Position numbers and translations under genes: made by a program. A stretch of 64,000 nucleotides of DNA from contig OX597814.1 in NCBI GenBank assembly GCA_951406725.2, positions 111,662,001-111,726,000 of the forward strand, given 5' to 3'. Origin of the DNA: Octopus vulgaris. Its lineage: Eukaryota. Below are positions 56,327 through 64,000 of this stretch, in pieces; positions within the stretch are counted from its first letter, which is position 1; each line of letters starts with the position of its first letter. The notes below the pieces were generated by a model that did no database searches, had not been told where the DNA came from, and was given only the letters and a program-made list of their open reading frames with translations.

Positions 56327-56879
56327 GAAGAGGAAAGTGAGAGTAGAGAGGCAAGTTTTGTCTAGTGAATGTTTAAAAAAAAGATGGGTGAATGACGAAG
56401 CCACCTTGACTATGATTCTATGAACCGTAAAAATTAATACAGCGAGTTGCTTATTTGCAAAAAAAAAGAAATATAACATGTGACTTCATTGACCGAGGTT
56501 ACCGTGGTCTTTTCCGTAGGCTTTTCTTCCCACGGGTAAACCTCACCTGTCCTCCCCTTTACACTTCATATTGACATTTCTGTGATAACGATCCCTATTG
56601 ATCAATTTTTTTGCCTTTCCCTTTGTTTTTCCTCTCCCCCCCTTTTTTTTTAAATTAAAAAAAAATTTTTTTAAATTTTGTTCCCTCCTTTTTTTTGTCC
56701 TCTTTATTTCCCTTTACGATCCCTTTTGATCGAAAACCAACCCCCCTTTTTTTACCCCCAAAAGAAAAGCTCTACCTTGTAATTTGTCCTGTCTGTGTGC
56801 AGCCCTGTGTGGCTAATAAAGAAACATATCTATCTATCAATCTATTATCTCTCTCTCTCTCTCTTTCTCTCTCACTCAT

Positions 56880-56990
<111 letters not shown>

Positions 56991-57008
56991 TAAAGAAGGC
57001 TGGTTTAA

Positions 57009-57222
57009 GGGTTTACCTTAGGTTTCCCGTCCATAAAGGGTTTAGCTTTATGGTATATCGTCAGATCCCAAAAACTTGTTTGCACATGACCTCTTAAAAA
57101 TGTTGGCCTATGACGTTTTAAAAATGTACATTTTTAAGAGGCCATGGGCCAACAGGTTTTTGGGACCTGACATTACGCCATAGAGCTAAACCCTTTATGG
57201 ACGGGAAACCAAAATTAATCCC
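57009..57222. mobile_element. Head-to-head palindrome with an HHR remnant in each arm
   Basis: Minus arm 57009-57069: gggat CTGACGA tata ccataaag..ctttatgg acgg GAAA cctaagg TA aaccc. The plus arm is decayed. Confidence 0.65.
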
Positions 57223-57456
57223 ATAGCAGTGTCCCTGGTTCACCGGCTAACTACTATGTACATTCCGAATGCTTAAATAAATCCATATATATAATAATTT
57301 ATACATAAATATAAGAGAGTAACCATTATGTGGTCGACTCTAGCACTAAAAATAGATCCGCTAGGTTTCAGCCACAAAGAATTGTTTCCGATGAAAGTTA
57401 GCACGACTACTAGCGCAAACGAACAGGGCAAATAAAAATAACAAAAATGCAGATTA

Positions 57457-57533
57457 GTTCAGGACAATTGTTTCGCTATTAATAAATTATGTAATTTTAC
57501 TCACATAACATATCTGTAGCTCTTCAGCCGAAC
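57457..57533 (-). ncRNA. Canonical type I hammerhead ribozyme in a rearranged non-coding element (57293-58222)
   Basis: gttcgg CTGAAGA gcta...tagc GAAA caattg TC ctgaac. Confidence 0.85.
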
Positions 57534-58221
57534 CCGTCCAGAATACAATTTACTCAACCGCACGTTAGATTTTACCATTACGATAAACACACGTGCGTTT
57601 CAGTCGATTGCATTCGCTGTTATAATTCAAGTGCCCCTGCCACAGCCCGCCAAAATTCACGGAAACAGATACTACATCCAAAATTAAATGTAGTATAATT
57701 ACAATCAACTAATAAGGGTGAGAAAATTGGATACTAATTTAATAGTACATCCATTTAACACCAAGTGGCTTAGTGCATAAATAACCTGGATTTCGATAAA
57801 TTTTATACATAAATATAAGAAGTAACCACTATGTGGTCGACTCTAGCACTAAAAATAGATCCGTTAGGTTTCAGCCACAAAGAATTGTTTCCGATTGCAG
57901 ATATGTTATGTGAGTAAAATTACATAATTTATTCATAGCGAAACAATTGTCCTGAACTAATCTGCATTTTTGTTATTTTTATTTGCCCTGTTCGTTTGCA
58001 CTAGTAGTCGTGCTAACTTTCATAGGAAACAATTCTTTGTGGCTGAAACCTAGCGGATCTATTTTTAGTGCTAGAGTCGACCACATAGTGGTTACTCTCT
58101 TATATTTATGTATAAAATTTATCGAAATCCAGGTTTTTTATGCACTAAGTCACTTTGTGTTAAATGGATGTACTATTAAATTAGTATCCAAATTTCTCAC
58201 CCTTATTAGTTGATTATAATA

Positions 58222-58255
<34 letters not shown>

Positions 58256-58380
58256 CTTACCAACTACATGGTTCTGGGTTCAGTCCCACTGCGTGATACC
58301 TTGGGTAAGTGTCTACTACTATAGCCTCGGGCCGACCAAAGCCTTGTGGGTGGATATCGTAGACGGAAACTGAAAGAAGC

Positions 58381-58462
<82 letters not shown>

Positions 58463-58464
<2 letters not shown>

Positions 58465-59719
58465 AGGAACGTTCAATAACTAATGCAATTGTTTGATCTA
58501 GCTGAAATTTTGGATGTGCAATTATTTATATCTTTATAGATTAAGTGGTAAATTACAGCTCTGAACTAATTGTGGTTTCTGAGTCAAGTGTGAAATGGAG
58601 CCTGTTGAGTGTCGAGCAGTGATCCGGTTTTTGTATTTGAAAGGACGCACACCACAGGAGACTTTTGATGAAATGAAGGTAACTTATGATGATGATGCCC
58701 CATCATATGACCTTGTAAAACGCTGGCATCGTGAATTCAAACATGATCAGAACTCTGTGGAAACAGCTCCCAGATCTGGTCGCCCCCCTTCTGCCATTGA
58801 TGAGGCATCTGTCCGTCAAGTTGAGGCTGCCATTTTGGAAGTTCGACGCATAACTATTCGCCAAATAGCCCATGAGGTCAAGATTAGTACCGGTTCGTGG
58901 AAACTATCATTCATGACCATTTGCACATGCAAAAGGTGTCTGCCAGATGGATTTCCAGGTTGCTCACACCTTTCCAGAAGCAAGAACGCGTCGAGTGCTC
59001 GAGGATGAATTTGGAGATGTGCCAAGAAGATGAGTCAAAGTTTTTCAAAAGACTGATTACACAGGATGAAACCTGGGTTCATCACTATAATCCAGAGACC
59101 AAAGCCCAGTCAATGCAGTGAAAGCACCGTGACTCACCTCTTCCAAGAAGGCAAGGGTGCAGCCCTCCGCTGGCAAGGTCATGCTCACAGTCTTCTGGGA
59201 CCAGGATGGAGTAGTGATGACAGATTTCCTGGCAAAGAGTACCACAATTACAGGAGCCTATTATGCTTCACTTATGAAGAAATTAAGAGAAGCTATCAAA
59301 ATCAAGAGGCGGGGCAAGATCAGCAAAGGCATCCTCCTCCTGCAGGACAACGCTCCGGTCCAAAACTCACTTGTCGCCAGGTCAGAAGCGCAGGCGTGCG
59401 GCTATGAACTCCTCCTCCATCCACCCCTACTCTCATGACCTTGCACCCTCTGATTTTCACCTCTTCCCAGCCATGAAGTTGTTTTTGAAAGGAAAGCGTT
59501 TCCAAGATGATGCAGCCTTGATTTCTGAAGTTACGTCGTGGTTGGAGAACCAAGCTGGAGTCTTCTACAAAAACGGTCTCCAGAGCTGCATCAAACGATG
59601 GGAGAAATGCGTACCTCTGCGTAGTTCCTATGTAGAAAAAGACTAATAACTGTGCCAAGTTTCGTTGCTCTACTGCTATGGAAAGTAGGTCAGGGGCATT
59701 ACTTATTGAACGCCCCTCG
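58463..59719 (+). mobile_element. Full-length mariner transposon (DD34D), transposase pseudogenised
   Basis: TIRs caaggaacgttcaataactaatgc / gcattacttattgaacgcccctcg with TA TSD. Motifs WISRLLT, TQDETWVHHY, LLQDNAP and PYSHDLAPSDFHLF are split by frameshifts and a stop. Confidence 0.95.
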
Positions 59720-59807
<88 letters not shown>

Positions 59808-59976
59808 TGTGTTTGTCCCCCCACCATCGCTTGACAACCGATGCTGGTAAGATTACGTTTCCGTAAATTAGCGGTTCGGCAAAATCGATCGACAAAATAA
59901 GTTCTAGGCTTACAAAGAATAAGTCCTGGCGTCGATTTGATCGGCTAAAAGCGGTGCGCCAGCATGGCCGCAGTAA

Positions 59977-60023
<47 letters not shown>

Positions 60024-60071
60024 AGGTGGTGCTATTAAGTTAGACATGGCCTGGGCCAATAATGGCCGAAA

Positions 60072-60147
<76 letters not shown>

Positions 60148-60211
60148 GAAATGAAGAAAATGCTGACAAATAATTGAAGTAATTTAAGTAATTTAATTAG
60201 GTGAAAGTTCT

Positions 60212-60246
60212 TTTTACCGGTTGCGCATTTGTTATGCTTATCAAAA
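60212..60246 (-). ncRNA. Decayed minimal HHR (U3-A8 variant) in a solo PLE terminus between (AT)n tracts
   Basis: tt TTGATAA gcat-aacaa-atgc GCAA ccgg TA aaa (GAAA mutated). Confidence 0.5.
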
Positions 60247-60287
60247 TATAAAAGAGAGATTAGAGTTCCTTTCTTATAGAATTTTTC

Positions 60288-60354
<67 letters not shown>

Positions 60355-60557
60355 AAATAGAAAGATGAATAATCTTGTAGTAGATTAATCAAAAGTTTAA
60401 CCGATACCTTGGTAGCAAAAATCACAGCAGTAAACAGCACGGTTGGAGGTACAACCATATGGTGTTGCAACCGTGCGTTGGTGCGGATAATTGAAATTAA
60501 AATATTATTGGTGAATTGAAGAAATGGAGCTGAACGCAGATTGAACAGAAATCGTTT

Positions 60558-60651
60558 TATTTCATTCTACACGTGTTTCGAAAGGCACAATTTACCAAAA
60601 TCCGATTGAATAATGGGACCATATTGTGTCTTTCTCTTCAGGAAGAAAATA
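60558..60651 (-). ncRNA. Canonical type I HHR at the pLTR start (second copy 62570-62663)
   Basis: ttc CTGAAGA gaaagacacaat...attgtgcctttc GAAA cacgtg TA gaa. Confidence 0.88.
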
Positions 60652-60801
60652 GGAAACCCAGATTTATAGTGAAGGACCATAAACCGAACTTCCACACAAA
60701 CCCAGCGCTAAGACTCATATGCCCTGCTAGATCTGATATCGGGATAATCAGTAAGTACATTTTAGATAAATATATCCCTAGTTTAGTAAACAAGCTGAAG
60801 C

Positions 60802-62313
60802 TCAGCCTCTGGGCCAACTCCTCGCAGGTAGTGAAGTGGTTCTCTTCCATCCCCAATAAGAACCGATCGGAAGGGCCGGATCAATATAAATTACCTTCTG
60901 CCTATAACCGGCCTTGGATAGTGCGGCGTTATAAAATTCCGCTTTCTGCATAAAAATATCGGCACTGGCGGACAAGCCAGACAATCTTAGAGAGATGTTT
61001 TTAACCAAATTGTCTGTTACGGTTTTGGCATGATTTGAGAAGACACTGACATACTTCAAATTAGTGGAAGGCTTATGGTAAGGGCAGTATGAGTCGCTAT
61101 TAAGGTTAAGTGTAACGTCTAGGAAATTAGCCTTGGTGAGTTCATTATCAAAAACTATACTCATGCCCATTCTATTAAAAAACCTAGCTAACCTGCTCTT
61201 AGTTTTCTGCACTATTCTGTTCGTGGTGTTTTGCAGGTAAAACAGACAATCGTCACGATACAGGCCGCCCGCGATCTCCGGGAATTGGTCGGACAATTCG
61301 TAGAGAATATATATTCCGACCAAATCGGCTATCTGCGCACTATCCGAACTACCCATAGGCACATCAAATTCATTGGGAGTATCTTTACGGATCCACAACT
61401 TATCAAACTTAATAAACGATTTCCTGGCAACTAAAATGATATCTATCTCTTCTCTGGTGAGGCCAGCCTTGTTGTGAGCATGCCAGAGGGCCTCATTTAG
61501 CACACTAGGGTTAATCGAGGGGTAGAAGCTGGCGATATCAAACTGAATGAACCTAGTACGGTTCTTATTGGGGATGGAAGAGAACCACTTCACTACCTGC
61601 GAGGAGTTGGCCCAGAGGCTGAGCTTCAGCTTGTTTACTAAACTAGGGATATATTTATCTAAAATGTACTTACTGATTATCCCGATATCAGATCTAGCAG
61701 GGCATATGAGTCTTAGCGCTGGGTTTGTGTGGAAGTTCGGTTTATGGTCCTTCACTATAAATCTGGGTTGCTTAGGGCTAAGCGGCTGAGTTCTCATTTG
61801 AATTCGGTGTTTAAATATTATTTCCTTAATTTCCAAGTTTACCTTCCTCAGGGTACTCCAATTGGTTTTTCTATAATTTTTCTTGATCTCTTTACCGAGT
61901 AAATCTAGGTACTGCTTAATGGGCAGCTTGTATGTGTTCCTGGTCTTGTCGGACTGGACCAGGACTCCGTCCGTTCTATTAATGTCCTTGGTAATTTTAT
62001 CTAGGTATCTGAGGTGGGCATTTCTCCTGGGTGACTTCCTGAACTTAATCTTTCTAACTATGTCCCACAAGTCGTCCTCAAACTTGTTCAGTCTTGGGTT
62101 AGGTGGCGGCGTATCCAATGTTTTAAAAAGCCGGCCGTATTCGGACGATGCTGTTGTCCGGTTCGATTTTAGATCTTCGTTCTCGTGGAAGAAAACGAGC
62201 CATCTTATCCGGTTTATGAATGCGTTGGTTTTACAAACCAACTCCTTAAGGAAGGCGTCCTTCGGTGGTATAGGAATATCCTTAAGGGACGCATCAATCT
62301 CGAACAACTCCAT
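60802..62313 (-). CDS. Naiad-type PLE reverse transcriptase with native N-terminus, truncated by inversion at ~60866
   Basis: SLKDIPIP...FINRIRW N-terminus, SDKT, KDHKPNF, FDIASFYPSI, FDVPMGS.DSAQIADLVG, GLYRDD, NFLDV. Confidence 0.92.
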   Translation of the reverse strand: MELFEIDASLKDIPIPPKDAFLKELVCKTNAFINRIRWLVFFHENEDLKSNRTTASSEYGRLFKTLDTPPPNPRLNKFEDDLWDIVRKIKFRKSPRRNAHLRYLDKITKDINRTDGVLVQSDKTRNTYKLPIKQYLDLLGKEIKKNYRKTNWSTLRKVNLEIKEIIFKHRIQMRTQPLSPKQPRFIVKDHKPNFHTNPALRLICPARSDIGIISKYILDKYIPSLVNKLKLSLWANSSQVVKWFSSIPNKNRTRFIQFDIASFYPSINPSVLNEALWHAHNKAGLTREEIDIILVARKSFIKFDKLWIRKDTPNEFDVPMGSSDSAQIADLVGIYILYELSDQFPEIAGGLYRDDCLFYLQNTTNRIVQKTKSRLARFFNRMGMSIVFDNELTKANFLDVTLNLNSDSYCPYHKPSTNLKYVSVFSNHAKTVTDNLVKNISLRLSGLSASADIFMQKAEFYNAALSKAGYRQKVIYIDPALPIGSYWGWKRTTSLPARSWPRG

Positions 62314-62665
62314 TATTGGTATCGGTTAAAGTAGCAGTTTCTTGACGAAGCGGTATGTATTATGTGAAATAGAAAGATGAATAATCTTGTAGTAGATTAA
62401 TCAAAAGTTTAACCGATACCTTGGTAGCAAAAATCACAGCAGTAAACAGCACGGTTGGAGGTACAACCATATGGTGTTGCAACCGTGCGTTGGTGCGGAT
62501 TATTGAAATTAAAATATTATTGGTGAATTGAAGAAATGGAGCTGAACGCAGATTGAACAGAAATCGTTTTATTTCATTCTACACGTGTTTCGAAAGGCAC
62601 AATTTACCAAAATCCGATTGAATAATGGGACCATATTGTGTCTTTCTCTTCAGGAAGAAAATAGG

Positions 62666-64000
62666 AAACCCAGATTTATAGTGAAGGACCATAAACCGAA
62701 CTTCCACACCAACCCAGCGCTAAGACTCATATGCCCTGCTAGATCTGATATCGGGATAATCAGTAAGTACATTTTAGATAAATATATCCCTAGTTTAGTA
62801 AACAAGCTGAAGCTCAGCCTCTGGGCCAACTCCTCGCAGGTAGTGAAGTGGTTCTCTTCCATCCCCAATAAGAACCGTACTAGGTTCATTCAGTTTGATC
62901 TCGCCAGCTTCTACCCCTCGATTAACCCTAGTGTGCTAAATGAGGCCCTCTGGCATGCTCACAACAAGGCTGGCCTCACCAGAGAAGAGATAGATATCAT
63001 TTTAGTTGCCAGGAAATCGTTTATTAAGTTTGATAATAAGTTGTGGATCCGTAAAGATACTCCCAATGAATTTGATGTGCCTATGGGTAGTTCGGATAGT
63101 GCGCAGATAGCCGATTTGGTCGGAATATATATTCTCTACGAATTGTCCGACCAATTCCCGGAGATCGCGGGCGGCCTGTATCGTGACGATTGTCTGTTTT
63201 ACCTGCAAAACACCACGAACAGAATAGTGCAGAAAACTAAGAGCAGGTTAGCTAGGTTTTTTAATAGAATGGGCATGAGTATAGTTTTTGATAATGAACT
63301 CACCAAGGCTAATTTCCTAGACGTTACACTTAACCTTAATAGCGACTCATACTGCCCTTACCATAAGCCTTCCACTAATTTGAAGTATGTCAGTGTCTTC
63401 TCAAATCATGCCAAAACCGTAACAGACAATTTGGTTAAAAACATCTCTCTAAGATTGTCTGGCTTGTCCGCCAGTGCCGATATTTTTATGCAGAAAGCGG
63501 AATTTTATAACACCGCACTATCCAAGGCCGGTTATAGGCAGAAGGTAATTTATATTGATCCGGCCCTTCCGATGCCATCATTCGGTCATCAGGATAGGGC
63601 CGTATATAATAACATTAACAATTTAAGTAAGGACGGGAGCGCGGCGGATGCCGGGGTAGTCGCTCCCGCATTTAATTTAGCGAACAAGGATAATTATCGG
63701 TCCGGGAGGTCTTACACTAACCCAAGACCCGTTATTCATCCGAGAATCACCCACCCGAATGCGAGAGCTGGCGTCCCGACCCATCACACTGATAGGAATA
63801 AGCATATATGGTTTGTAATCCCCTTTGGTAAGCAGATTAGAACTAACCTCCCCCTCATGTTTAGACAAGCCATCGCCAATAACTTCCCCAGAAATTCCAA
63901 ATATTACTCCACGGTTAACTCGCATAAAGTTAGGATAGCTTTCTCCAACACTAAAAACCTCGCCCAGATAATCGCCTCCCATAATAATAGGCTACTTACT
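62666..64000 (+). CDS. Naiad-type PLE RT + linker, open to the window edge (absent from the ORF track)
   Basis: Manual translation KPRFIVKDHKPNF...GLYRDD...YIDPALPMPSFGH...KHIWFVIPFGKQIRTN...AFSNTKNLAQIIASHNNRLL, with no stop. Confidence 0.88.

Larger units (their letters stand above)
60351..64000. mobile_element. Naiad-type PLE with duplicated pLTR and nested inversions, continuing off the right edge
   Basis: 60351-60865 directly repeats 62363-62877. 60866-61767 is the reverse complement of ~62666-63573. (AT)n at the left boundary. Confidence 0.92.

Overview
Repeat-rich eukaryotic DNA, most likely an octopus or other coleoid cephalopod. This is inferred from the SINE families, (AT)n/(GT)n/(ATAC)n microsatellite density and intron-exon structure. 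The only host gene I can support is the 3' end of PTPA/PPP2R4 (PP2A activator): three + strand exons at 5017-5117, 6254-6361 and 8760-8834. Nearly all ORF-track entries are microsatellite noise. The rest of the window is mobile DNA: four tRNA-type SINE families, mariner copies and MITEs, hAT MITEs, two non-autonomous Helitrons, an R4/Dong fragment, a ~337-bp tandem array, and five Penelope-like element (PLE) copies (Naiad-type, Neptune-type and one other). The most striking signal is about a dozen type I hammerhead ribozyme (HHR) motifs. They show covarying core variants (C3-G8, U3-A8, G3-C8) and palindromic stem III. Many sit in short non-coding elements that share one architecture: head-to-head inverted dimers with tails pointing outward, as in the coding PLEs here. 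One such element also has a tRNA-derived Pol III head and an 11-bp target-site duplication (TSD). All RNA folds were read by eye and need computational and experimental confirmation.
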